Positions 47,631 to 56,151 of a stretch of DNA of 59,098 bases are shown here, piece by piece. The position numbers and the translations under genes are program-made. The notes beneath the pieces were generated by a model. The model searched no databases. It saw nothing but the letters and a program-made list of their open reading frames with translations, and was not told the origin of the DNA. The stretch is from a virus (lineage: Duplodnaviria > Caudoviricetes): the IMG/VR virus record IMGVR_UViG_3300050011_000298, positions 1-59,098 of that record; one strand, written 5' to 3'. The number at the start of each line of letters is the position of its first letter. Position 1 is the stretch's first letter.

Positions 47631-49871
47631 ATGCCTGAAGATACTAAAACTGCGCTTACGAAAACGTCGCATTTTCTCGACGAAGGGCAAATTCGCCTCC
47701 TTGATTTGCCTGGAGCGGTGCCGTACGGCGAAACCGCGCTTCCGATAGGGCCGACAGAGGTCGCGTTTCAGGACCAACTGCGATCCGACCTCTCGATGAT
47801 GAAGGAAGCAAACCTCAACCGCGAGGAGTCCGAATCTTTTATCTCTACCCGAGGGCTGATTGGCCGATGGAACACCGCCGAACTGATGCTTCGTGCGTGG
47901 GTGGATCCCGTCAAGTGGAAAGGCAGCGACCAGTATCGTTCTCACCTTGGCGTACCGCTTGTCGCCGAACAATTTTACAGCATTCACAGCGTCGTCAATC
48001 AGACTTTGCTCGGGGGATATCAATCATTCAAGATTGACGCGACTTCTGGCACCCCGATGGAATGCGCCGAAGCACAGCAAGCGATTGTGACCGCGCAATT
48101 AAAGACATGCGGATTCAAAGGCGTCTCCTGCAAGACTGAAATGCGGGAAATTACATACGACGGACTGTTCTATGGGTTCGGCATCGCGCATTATGGATGG
48201 AAGACGCAGAAAAAGAACATCATCAAGAAAGTGCAGAAGTCTCATCCTGAAACCGTCGTCGTCAACGGTATCGCCGTCAGCATTCCTGTTGAGGATGAGG
48301 ATGATGTCGAAGATAAAGTCGTCGGAATTCAAGAAGTCAATATGCCTGTGCTGGAGCATGTGCCAGTTCGTCGCGCGCGCTATGCGCCTGACCTGCGCCG
48401 TGGCGACCCGCGCGTTGCAGAATGGTTCGGGCGCCTGATATATCCAACTGGATATGACTTGGATGCGTTGAGGAACACGGAAGGCTGGAATATTCCGTCG
48501 CGCGCGGACCTCGTGAAGTTGATGGCGCCGCAAATGCAGAGTACGGTATCATCAAACCCGCTGGAAACGCAAAACTCAAACACTGGGAACGTCATCCTCC
48601 AACAATCTACGACCCCACAGAAGGCGATACTGGAAACTCAGACCGAGCGCCTTCAAGCCGACCCGCTCGCGCGCAAATTTGAATGCTTTGACTACTGGAC
48701 AGGCTCGCGGCACTGCATTATTCTTGGAAAAGAGTATCCAATCTTGAACGAAACGCATAATTTTGGCCGCGTTCCGTTTTTGGGGTTCTGTTTCCGCAAC
48801 GCGCCTGACTCCGCGCACGGATACGGCATCGCATATTGGCTGACGGACTTCCAACGCATCTGCCAAGGCGTCATCAACGCCTTTTTGGACGATCTGAACC
48901 TTAATTTGATGGGAACATACACGTCGCCCGCTGGCGCGAACAACTCAGCGCAGAATCAGTGGATTTTCCCAGGAAAAATCTTCAAATCCGACCCGCAAGG
49001 CGACATTAAACCGCTCACGCGCAACTCTGTCGCCGCGCAAGAGCCTTTGGCGATCATCGCGCAGATGAAAGCATGGGCATCGTCGATTACTGGCGCAGGA
49101 CCAAGCACAATGGGTGGCGGTTCGGGCCCTGCAGGCGCAATGCGCACACCCGACGGCGCAGCGGCGGTCACGGGCGGCGAAAATGTGAAATTACAGGACC
49201 TGATCGATGTTATTTCCGAACAGGTGTTCGTTCCGTTCATTGAATTCTGTATTGAGCAAAATCAGAAGCTGAAGCCGTCGCAGATTCGTATGTTGCTGTC
49301 CGATGCGCTTGGCAGCGCGTTCAAAGCGACTCCGCTGAGCATCATCAACGGCACATATCGTGTCGATATCTCCGCAGGCACCAAACTTGCGGCGCGCGAA
49401 GTCCTAAATAAATACATGGGCATCCTGCAGACATTCTTGAGTTCGCCTGGGACGGTAGAGAACCTCGCTGTCCAGGCGATGAAGCTGGACTACAACGCAA
49501 TGTTCTCCGCGCTGTACGATTCCTTCGGCGTGCCATACAAGGAAAAGGTTATCGTTCCGATGGATGATTCCGACAAACAACGCCTGGCGGCGAACACCAA
49601 GGCCGCGCAAGCGCAAGGAAAGATTGCAGGCATTCAGGCGCAGGGCGAAGTGAAGAAAGATGTGGACAACAACCAGAGCGAGAATCGTATGCTTATCGAA
49701 ACAGGTAAGCACACGCTGAACACAGCGGCGGGCGCAGCAGACCACCAGAACAATTTGGAGTTGCAAGAGAAAGCTGCCGCCGCTAAAGCGCAAGAGGCTA
49801 CGCCCCAAGCCAAAGGCTTGAGTCGCGCGGCGACGGGCGCGTTCGCAACGATGGATAGAACAGCATTCTAA
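47631..49871 (+). CDS. Portal protein
   Basis: Follows terL; DGLFYGFG, PF.......PDS.HG.GI...L.DFQ...N...D pattern of podovirus-type portals. Confidence 0.85.
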   Translation: MPEDTKTALTKTSHFLDEGQIRLLDLPGAVPYGETALPIGPTEVAFQDQLRSDLSMMKEANLNREESESFISTRGLIGRWNTAELMLRAWVDPVKWKGSDQYRSHLGVPLVAEQFYSIHSVVNQTLLGGYQSFKIDATSGTPMECAEAQQAIVTAQLKTCGFKGVSCKTEMREITYDGLFYGFGIAHYGWKTQKKNIIKKVQKSHPETVVVNGIAVSIPVEDEDDVEDKVVGIQEVNMPVLEHVPVRRARYAPDLRRGDPRVAEWFGRLIYPTGYDLDALRNTEGWNIPSRADLVKLMAPQMQSTVSSNPLETQNSNTGNVILQQSTTPQKAILETQTERLQADPLARKFECFDYWTGSRHCIILGKEYPILNETHNFGRVPFLGFCFRNAPDSAHGYGIAYWLTDFQRICQGVINAFLDDLNLNLMGTYTSPAGANNSAQNQWIFPGKIFKSDPQGDIKPLTRNSVAAQEPLAIIAQMKAWASSITGAGPSTMGGGSGPAGAMRTPDGAAAVTGGENVKLQDLIDVISEQVFVPFIEFCIEQNQKLKPSQIRMLLSDALGSAFKATPLSIINGTYRVDISAGTKLAAREVLNKYMGILQTFLSSPGTVENLAVQAMKLDYNAMFSALYDSFGVPYKEKVIVPMDDSDKQRLAANTKAAQAQGKIAGIQAQGEVKKDVDNNQSENRMLIETGKHTLNTAAGAADHQNNLELQEKAAAAKAQEATPQAKGLSRAATGAFATMDRTAF

Positions 49872-49889
49872 TTTTGAACGGAGCATAAA

Positions 49890-50285
49890 ATGAGCGCAAC
49901 ATTTGAGCCAATATCCACACCTGCAATTGAACGCGCGCAGCGTTTGATGAGCGTCAGGGCGAACCAAGGTTTTCGGGATATCATTCAAATCTCCCTTGAA
50001 ATTGTAAACTCTCTGACCGCCATTGCGACAGATTATCCAGGCTGGGATAAAGACCAGTTGATGGTGTTGAATGTGCGCGCGAAAACGGCCAAAGAGCATC
50101 ATGAACTTCTCTTCGCCAGAATCCAAGACGCGATTCGCACAGGCGTACAGGAACAAGCCGCGCATACCAATCTAACCGACAAGTCCGTTACGGAAGTTCT
50201 TGAGACTGGGGATTTCGTCCGTCAAGAAGTCCTGACGCGGTTCAGTGAGATGGATTTTGATGGGCGCCTCCCTGGGACGTACTGA
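49890..50285 (+). CDS. Hypothetical protein between portal and scaffold
   Basis: GGAG RBS; helical. Confidence 0.7.
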   Translation: MSATFEPISTPAIERAQRLMSVRANQGFRDIIQISLEIVNSLTAIATDYPGWDKDQLMVLNVRAKTAKEHHELLFARIQDAIRTGVQEQAAHTNLTDKSVTEVLETGDFVRQEVLTRFSEMDFDGRLPGTY

Positions 50286-50305
50286 TGAAATCTTATTACA
50301 GTTTT

Positions 50306-50325
50306 AGACTTTCTAATTCATAAGT
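50306..50325 (+). promoter_or_regulatory. Putative late promoter (copy 11)
   Basis: AGACT ttctaatt CATAAGT then GAGGAG. Confidence 0.8.
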
Positions 50326-50339
50326 AGAGGAGTATTCCA

Positions 50340-51449
50340 ATGAGCACGAACGACGAAATTCTCGTATTACCTGAAGTCGCCATGACCGACGAGTTGGCTG
50401 CTGCTATTCAAGCGGCAGTGAGCAGCGCCGACGTTCGGGGGCTGTTGCTGGCAGAGGCCGAGAAGCAGTTGGCCATCCGCACCGAACATGACCAAGCGCA
50501 AGCTGACGCTACGCAGGCTGCAGCGGACAAGGTTGCTGCTGATGCCGCTGCGGCTGCCGAAATCGCAAGAGCCAATCAGACGTTCACGCGAGATGAAGTC
50601 ATCGGCGGAAAAACCTTTCACTTCGAATCATCCACCGAAGGTGAACTTGACCGTCAAATTCTCAACGCCTACAAGGTGGCCTATAATGTTCAGCAGCCCG
50701 TCGCGCCCGTCGCCGTAGTCGACCCAGCCATTGCGATCCAAGCGGCTGAAGCGGCAGCGATTGCCCGAACGGAACTGGAACGGAAGTTTCGAGGTGGCGA
50801 AGTTACCGCCGCCGATTACATTGAGCAAACTGGCGCGCTGGATGAATATCTCGTGAAGCGAGGGATTAACCCTACCGCGTTGAAAGAGATCGTGGACGAA
50901 AATGCCACAACCAAAGCACTCGCAGTTTCGCACCGCTCGTGGGAGGTCGCGTCAGAAACTTTCCGCAATACAGTAGGCGCCGACTGGCCAGGCGGCGAGC
51001 GAAATCGCGAACTGCTTGGCGATAAACTCGCGGCGTTGGGTCTCATTGATGCGGAAGATAAAGTCGCGGCGATGGGGCAAGCATGGGCGGCCATGAAGAA
51101 ATCGCATTCTTATTTTCCGCACGGCGATGCGGATGCTCCGACTCCAGTGGCTGCTGCTGCTGTGGCTGACCCCGTTGTAGCGGCTGCTGCAGTGGCGCAG
51201 CCTGCGGTAGAAGCTGTTCGCGCTGCGGCGGCTGCAAAAGTTCGCTCGATGTCATCTTCACTTTTCGGCCAAAGTTCTGGCACCAGCAGCGCGCCTGTAG
51301 TGAATCCAGCGGTTGTCGCGGCCAGTAAACTGGTTCCCGACAACGCAACTCCTGCAGAGATTTTGCAGGCATGGAAAGATACTCAGGTCGCCAACGGCGT
51401 TGACCCCAACGCTGCGTTCACTAATCAGTTCCGCGCAAAAGCAATGTAA
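50340..51449 (+). CDS. Putative capsid scaffolding protein
   Basis: Acidic, Ala-rich helical protein between portal and capsid. Confidence 0.65.
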   Translation: MSTNDEILVLPEVAMTDELAAAIQAAVSSADVRGLLLAEAEKQLAIRTEHDQAQADATQAAADKVAADAAAAAEIARANQTFTRDEVIGGKTFHFESSTEGELDRQILNAYKVAYNVQQPVAPVAVVDPAIAIQAAEAAAIARTELERKFRGGEVTAADYIEQTGALDEYLVKRGINPTALKEIVDENATTKALAVSHRSWEVASETFRNTVGADWPGGERNRELLGDKLAALGLIDAEDKVAAMGQAWAAMKKSHSYFPHGDADAPTPVAAAAVADPVVAAAAVAQPAVEAVRAAAAAKVRSMSSSLFGQSSGTSSAPVVNPAVVAASKLVPDNATPAEILQAWKDTQVANGVDPNAAFTNQFRAKAM

Positions 51450-51542
51450 GAATTGGGTATTATATAGATGACTCCCCTGCGGTAAGTGCTAGAAAACACA
51501 GGGGTGTTTAACAAAGTGAAGATATTTACAGGAGGATTAAAT

Positions 51543-51785
51543 ATGGAAACTTTTGAACAATGGTGGGATCGGGCGGGAGAAAGAATGAACCCCGATGGTG
51601 CCAAAGGGCTTGCGGAATGCGCCTTTAATTCTGCCTTAAATCAATCTCGGAACTATATCGCAGACGAAGAAACGATGCCAGAGAAAATCACGTTTGCGAA
51701 TGGTCGCGTGGTTTGGATCGCTGACAATAAGACTATAGGCGTTCACCACGGTGTGTTTCTTGAGGTAGGACAACTTCCCGAATGA
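51543..51785 (+). CDS. Passenger hypothetical protein (METFEQWW...)
   Basis: AGGAGG RBS. Confidence 0.7.
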   Translation: METFEQWWDRAGERMNPDGAKGLAECAFNSALNQSRNYIADEETMPEKITFANGRVVWIADNKTIGVHHGVFLEVGQLPE

Positions 51786-51802
51786 TTTGAAAGGAGATAC
51801 AG

Positions 51803-52009
51803 ATGGTTTTAGGCGGAAAAGTCTGGAATACACTCGACCGTGACGACAGGAAGGCGCTGCTCGTGGCGACATATCCGAATCGCTCGCAGAGCATTGTCAA
51901 ACTCGAATCAAAACGCCAATGGAATGACCTACTCCAGTCAACGCAAAAAGATTTGTTGGATGTTGATTGGTCTATGGTTTTAGATCGCGATGTCCGCCCC
52001 GATGATTGA
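51803..52009 (+). CDS. Passenger hypothetical protein
   Basis: AAGGAG RBS; stop abuts the right TIR. Confidence 0.7.
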   Translation: MVLGGKVWNTLDRDDRKALLVATYPNRSQSIVKLESKRQWNDLLQSTQKDLLDVDWSMVLDRDVRPDD

Positions 52010-52169
52010 GGGAGTCAACTATATAATCCCCTAAGAATTCACTTGACGTTATCAAGGACGTGCTGTATTATCAAGTCGTGGGTCTTGATCGGACTCATGT
52101 TAGCCGGGCACCGAGAGCGGCCTCGAACCGCTCTCAGCCCAGGTCTTTCCTTTCTAGGAGGAGACGAAG

Positions 52170-52595
52170 ATGGAACGCCAATTTCGAGTACCCCGAATTC
52201 GAAAATCCACACCAGCACAACTCGCAGGACGAGCACGTTATGCTGCAAAACACCCTGAAAGAATTAAAGCGCGACGCCTCGCAGGTGCTGAAAAACTCAA
52301 GGTTTATTGTAAACAGCGCCGAAATGATATCCGCATTGAAGTTTTAACCCGCTACAGCCCTAACGGGGTTTTATGCTGTGCGTGGGATGGATGTCTCGTA
52401 GATGACATTGATATGCTGGTTTTAGACCATATCGACGATACGGGAGCGGAAGAACGACGAGCCCTAGGTGGCAGAAACGCCCGAGGCTGGAATTTTTACC
52501 TCTACCTTATTCAACGAGAATTTCCTTCAGGATATCAGACCCTTTGCTGCAACCACAACCACAAAAAAGAACTTATCCGCAGTCGCAAATCCTAG
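52170..52595 (+). CDS. HNH-type homing endonuclease
   Basis: CAWDGC......LVLDHI.D.G...FP.GYQTLCCNHN..K; TTGACG-17-TATTAT promoter at 52043-52071. Confidence 0.8.
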   Translation: MERQFRVPRIRKSTPAQLAGRARYAAKHPERIKARRLAGAEKLKVYCKQRRNDIRIEVLTRYSPNGVLCCAWDGCLVDDIDMLVLDHIDDTGAEERRALGGRNARGWNFYLYLIQREFPSGYQTLCCNHNHKKELIRSRKS

Positions 52596-52600
52596 GTTTT

Positions 52601-52620
52601 AGACTATCCTTTCCATAAGT
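52601..52620 (+). promoter_or_regulatory. Putative late promoter (copy 12), capsid gene
   Basis: AGACT atcctttc CATAAGT. Confidence 0.8.
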
Positions 52621-52688
52621 AGAAGGCACTCCTTGAGCAAGAGACTTCAAAAGTTTCGGGTCGATTACGACCCTCAAGGAGAACGACA

Positions 52689-53684
52689 ATCATACTCCCT
52701 CCAGGTGTTCAGAGTACCACCCTAGCAGGATTTCCTCAGATCGCTTACGAGCGGACTGCGATCATGGAATGGCAGTTCAACACTCCGTTTTTGGAGGAAC
52801 TCTGCGACTTCCGTCCTCTGGCTCGGCGTTCAGGCCGGACGCTTCAGTTCTACGGACAGACTCCGTTCGCTGCCGCGACTTACGATCTGACCGAAGGAAT
52901 TCCTGGTCCGTCGCTCCAACTGAACCAAGTGTTCAGCGATGCATTCGCCGACGAATACGGCGACTGGATCGGCGTCTCGAACGTCGCTCAGCAAATGTTC
53001 CTCGCGGACATTACGTTGGACGCTACCCGCAACCTGTCTTATCGCGGCGCGCTCACAGCCAACCTGATCGCGATTAACGCTTTCGAAGCAGCCTGCGTTG
53101 CGCAGCCCTCGGGCCGCATCGACCTGCTTGACAACGAGTACATGCTTTCCAACACCATCCGCAAGGCCGAGTCCCAGTTGATGGGCAACGCGGTCCCAGG
53201 ACGTGACGGCGGGCTGTACACAAGCGCAATGCATCCGTACGTTGTTTATGATTTCATGTCCGACAACTCAGCCGGGTCGGCTGTTGACACACTGAAGCGT
53301 TCGGAATCGGGCGCCACAGTTTTGAAGACAGACATGACACGTGGCTACTCGGTACTCGAATGGGCGGGCGTTCGCATCATCCGCACCCAGACGACACCGA
53401 CGTATTCCAACTACCCCTCGACCGGGAAGACTGGATACGCGACGTACATCGTGGGACGCGAAGCTGTTCTGGCTTCCGAACTGCTCGGCGTGAAAGTTCC
53501 GCGCAGCCCCAGCTTCAAGGTGAACGTCAAGACGTTCGGCGACGGCGACATCGATCTTTCGAACCCGATGCTCCAGACCCGCGCGATTGTTTCTTACGAC
53601 TGGTTCCTTGGCGTCGTTGCCCGCCCGAACACGAACAATACACCAGGGTTTCGGCGTGTAAGGTCTGAGGTTTCAGCCGTTTAA
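52689..53684 (+). CDS. Major capsid protein (N4-gp56-like), probable ATC start (first ATG at 52764)
   Basis: PL....GRTLQF, LTEG.P, EYGDW..VS, Y...MHP.V.YD, W.GVRII.T patterns; strong codon bias; AAGGAG lies 7 nt before the in-frame ATC 52689. Confidence 0.85.
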   Translation: MILPPGVQSTTLAGFPQIAYERTAIMEWQFNTPFLEELCDFRPLARRSGRTLQFYGQTPFAAATYDLTEGIPGPSLQLNQVFSDAFADEYGDWIGVSNVAQQMFLADITLDATRNLSYRGALTANLIAINAFEAACVAQPSGRIDLLDNEYMLSNTIRKAESQLMGNAVPGRDGGLYTSAMHPYVVYDFMSDNSAGSAVDTLKRSESGATVLKTDMTRGYSVLEWAGVRIIRTQTTPTYSNYPSTGKTGYATYIVGREAVLASELLGVKVPRSPSFKVNVKTFGDGDIDLSNPMLQTRAIVSYDWFLGVVARPNTNNTPGFRRVRSEVSAV

Positions 53685-53751
53685 GTGCTTTGAAGTTTTT
53701 CGCTTGACTTTCGGTCAGGGGTTGTAGCATAATAGGTCTTGGAGGGCAATC

Positions 53752-54219
53752 ATGCCTTACAAAGACCCGAACAGCCCAGCAGCCAAAGCGAGTGATAAGC
53801 GGAAACACAAAAAGTATCTGGACACGCACGGCGGATATGCGGCAGTCACAAAAGATTATCTGTCAAGACATCCAGATGCGTTACGAAATGCGTACTACAA
53901 GCACGAGCACGGCATTTCGGTAGTAGATTTTGAAGCGCAGATTGTGAAACAAAACAATCTGTGCCCCATCGGAAATCACCCCTTTGGGCCTCGTGGCAGG
54001 CGCGGCGACTCGCCCTGTCAAGACCACGACCATGAAAGCGGACAGAACAGATTGATTCTCTGCCGCAATCATAATGTCGCGCTCGGGTTGTTCAACGACT
54101 CAGTCGAAGACATGCAACAAGGAATTTTGTACTTGCAATCTTTTGAGAAACACATAGGAGAACTACCGTGCCGAACGCATCTACCATCCGACGCCAAATT
54201 GCTGGAGTTCAGCAACTGA
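53752..54219 (+). CDS. Endonuclease VII-family homing endonuclease
   Basis: Q.NLCPI...DHDHESG..R.ILC..HN.ALGLF.D; paralog of 30235..30645. Confidence 0.88.
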   Translation: MPYKDPNSPAAKASDKRKHKKYLDTHGGYAAVTKDYLSRHPDALRNAYYKHEHGISVVDFEAQIVKQNNLCPIGNHPFGPRGRRGDSPCQDHDHESGQNRLILCRNHNVALGLFNDSVEDMQQGILYLQSFEKHIGELPCRTHLPSDAKLLEFSN

Positions 54220-54782
54220 CGATTGCCTCGATTCTCGGGACCGTCGTCACCACAACTGAGACAGTCTTTCAGTTGAACAACAACGGCCTGACTCTGACTG
54301 GCGGGGGATTCATTCCGTTATCTGCTGGCGTCACTGGCTTGTATCAGGGCACTGGCCAGGTTCTGTGGATTCATGCCACGGGAACGCTGACGGCAACAAC
54401 CGCCAACGTCGCGACGCTGATTCTCAAGCTGTATGAGACTCCCGCCGCCAACCTTCCGTTCCCCGCACCGCCCGCCGAGACTTCGGCAATCGTCATCGCT
54501 GCTTCGAACCTGGTCGGCCTTTCGGTCGCAGGGACGCTCGGCGCAGGCGCGACCAATGGCTCCTTCCAGTTTGACGCCTTTGTCCAGTTGGACAGCCAGG
54601 GCAATTTGGAAGGGTACTACCAGGCAAACGTGTTCGGGACAACCACTCCGCGTACGGCGATTACGCCAATTACTGGACTCGTCGGCGAAGCGGATTTGAA
54701 CTTCCTGTTGACCGCGACGCAGGGCGTCGCCGAAATCGGAAACATCGTGACCCTAGATGAATTTTCTCTGAACTTCGTGTAA
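54168..54782 (+). CDS. Virion structural/capsid decoration-like protein
   Basis: AGGAG plus GTG; beta-rich; follows capsid. Confidence 0.65.
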   Translation: MPNASTIRRQIAGVQQLTIASILGTVVTTTETVFQLNNNGLTLTGGGFIPLSAGVTGLYQGTGQVLWIHATGTLTATTANVATLILKLYETPAANLPFPAPPAETSAIVIAASNLVGLSVAGTLGAGATNGSFQFDAFVQLDSQGNLEGYYQANVFGTTTPRTAITPITGLVGEADLNFLLTATQGVAEIGNIVTLDEFSLNFV

Positions 54783-54822
54783 AACGAGGCTCGAACAACA
54801 GATTCGGGCGCAAGCCCATAGC

Positions 54823-54858
54823 ACCCTCTGGGACTTGTAAACCCAGAGGGTTTTTTTT
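54823..54858 (+). terminator. Rho-independent terminator
   Basis: ACCCTCTGGG/CCCAGAGGGT stem followed by a T8 run. Confidence 0.88.
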
Positions 54859-54870
54859 ATAGGAGGCACC

Positions 54871-55086
54871 ATGCCCGCATTATTGCTGTTACCAAATTTC
54901 CCCGTCGCGAATGGCGGCGGACAAGAAGGCTTAGGAAAAGGAATCGATACGGCGACTGGATTTGCAGTCACGCCCGACGGAACGGTAGCGACGCCCGCCG
55001 CGATCCGCGCATTGGTTGAAGCCGCGCTGGTGAATGGTGGAAGTCAACCCATCTTGGCTCTGTGGCGCCAACCGAACCAGAAGTAA
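54871..55086 (+). CDS. Small hypothetical protein (paralog of the next gene)
   Basis: AGGAGG RBS; MPAL.L...FPV....EGLGK..DT.T. Confidence 0.75.
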   Translation: MPALLLLPNFPVANGGGQEGLGKGIDTATGFAVTPDGTVATPAAIRALVEAALVNGGSQPILALWRQPNQK

Positions 55087-55116
55087 GAATTTCGCAAGTC
55101 ATCAAGAGGAGGCAAC

Positions 55117-55341
55117 ATGCCAGCATTAATTCTACCGTTAGGATTCCCCGTTACCCAAGCACCAGGCACCGAAGGTCTCGGCAAAGATGTCGACACCACG
55201 ACGCACCAAACCGTTTCACCGAACGGTCAGAGTTTGAAACCAGCGGCTCTTCAAGCGGAGATTACGACCGTCCTCGATAACGGCGGCGCGAACGTCCTCG
55301 CATTATGGAAGCCGTCATTGAACGCTTCGCCGCAAGTCTAA
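55117..55341 (+). CDS. Small hypothetical protein (paralog of the previous gene)
   Basis: AGGAGG RBS; same motifs, NGG...LALW. Confidence 0.75.
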   Translation: MPALILPLGFPVTQAPGTEGLGKDVDTTTHQTVSPNGQSLKPAALQAEITTVLDNGGANVLALWKPSLNASPQV

Positions 55342-55353
55342 ACAGGAGGCATT

Positions 55354-55557
55354 ATGGCCGTCATTACGCCAAATTTCAATCCGAGTACTGCGCTCGCCAC
55401 ACCAGGCTATCCGATGGCCGCTGTGCCGAAGTCGAGTCCGCTGTCGACAATGCCGTCGGCGTCGAATCCGCCTGTGACTCATCTTCCCGCTGGGCAATCC
55501 GCCGAGCGTGATGCGGCGCTGGCGCAAGCTGGGGATCAGTCTAATCGAGTCGTGTAA
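55354..55557 (+). CDS. Small Pro-rich hypothetical protein
   Basis: AGGAGG RBS. Confidence 0.65.
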   Translation: MAVITPNFNPSTALATPGYPMAAVPKSSPLSTMPSASNPPVTHLPAGQSAERDAALAQAGDQSNRVV

Positions 55558-55563
55558 GATTTC

Positions 55564-55639
55564 GGGCGTGTAGCTCAATCAGGAGAGCGCCGCATTTGCA
55601 ATGCGGAGGCAGTCAGGGCAGAACTGACCATGTCCACCA
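55564..55639 (+). tRNA. tRNA-Ala(UGC), atypical T-loop GGCAGAA
   Basis: GGGCGTG/CATGTCC acceptor with G3.U70; CCGCA-TT TGC AA-TGCGG; encoded CCA. Confidence 0.9.
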
Positions 55640-55862
55640 AATTTACGAGCGAGCCCAGCGTCGCACCCACTCCACGTAATTGTGGTAAGATAGTCTGGGT
55701 CGGTAGGCAGCCCCTCGAAGGTCCCACGCGAAACGGGACGCCGTCTCGTAAAAGAAGTAGAAGCCCACGGATGGCGCGCGGCAGCAAGAATAGGGTGACA
55801 ATCGTGCGCAGGTTTCATTCCTGCGACGTAGAACTCGGGCTGCCGCGCAGACCATCATCAGT

Positions 55863-55940
55863 AGGGGAATAACGCAGTCTGGCCAGCGTGCTCGCCCTGG
55901 AAGCGAGAAGTCGCAGGTTCGAATCCTGCTTCCCCTACCA
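55863..55940 (+). tRNA. tRNA-Pro(UGG), atypical C33/A37
   Basis: AGGGGAA/TTCCCCT; CTCGC-CC TGG AA-GCGAG; GTTCGAATC; CCA. Confidence 0.85.
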
Positions 55941-55948
55941 TTTTCTAA

Positions 55949-56022
55949 GCGAGGCTGGCCTATTGGCAGGGCATCTGGCTTCCACCCAGAACAGCCGAGT
56001 TCGATTCTCGGGTCTCGCTCCA
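55949..56022 (+). tRNA. tRNA-Gly(UCC)
   Basis: GCGAGGC/GTCTCGC, U73; TCTGG-CT TCC AC-CCAGA; CCA. Confidence 0.9.
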
Positions 56023-56031
56023 ATTTTCTGC

Positions 56032-56105
56032 AGGCCGTAAGTGTTACGGTAGCACATTCGGCTCCAACCCGAGGGGAGGGTGTTCAATTCACCCATGGCC
56101 TGCCA
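56032..56105 (+). tRNA. tRNA-Trp(CCA)
   Basis: AGGCCGT/ATGGCCT, G73; TTCGG-CT CCA AC-CCGAG; CCA. Confidence 0.9.
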
Positions 56106-56114
56106 AATTTGTGC

Positions 56115-56143
56115 TTGACAGCGCGTGGCGCGCGCGGTATGAT
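56115..56143 (+). promoter_or_regulatory. Sigma70 promoter for the last tRNA and the phosphatase
   Basis: TTGACA-17-TATGAT. Confidence 0.8.
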
Positions 56144-56151
56144 GTTTTTAT

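Larger units (their letters stand above)
51455..52031 (+). mobile_element. Non-autonomous IS1595-derived cassette with two passenger ORFs and no transposase
   Basis: TIRs GGGTATTATATAGATGACTCCC (51455-76) and GGGAGTCAACTATATAATCCCC (52010-31), near-identical to those of the 28.5-kb IS; 8-bp TSD TAAGAATT. Confidence 0.93.

Noticed and set aside
51450-52688. Group I intron or split capsid gene explaining the missing ATG
   Set aside because: The scaffold gene ends in its own stop, no upstream exon or intron core is visible, and a promoter plus SD sit directly before the ATC
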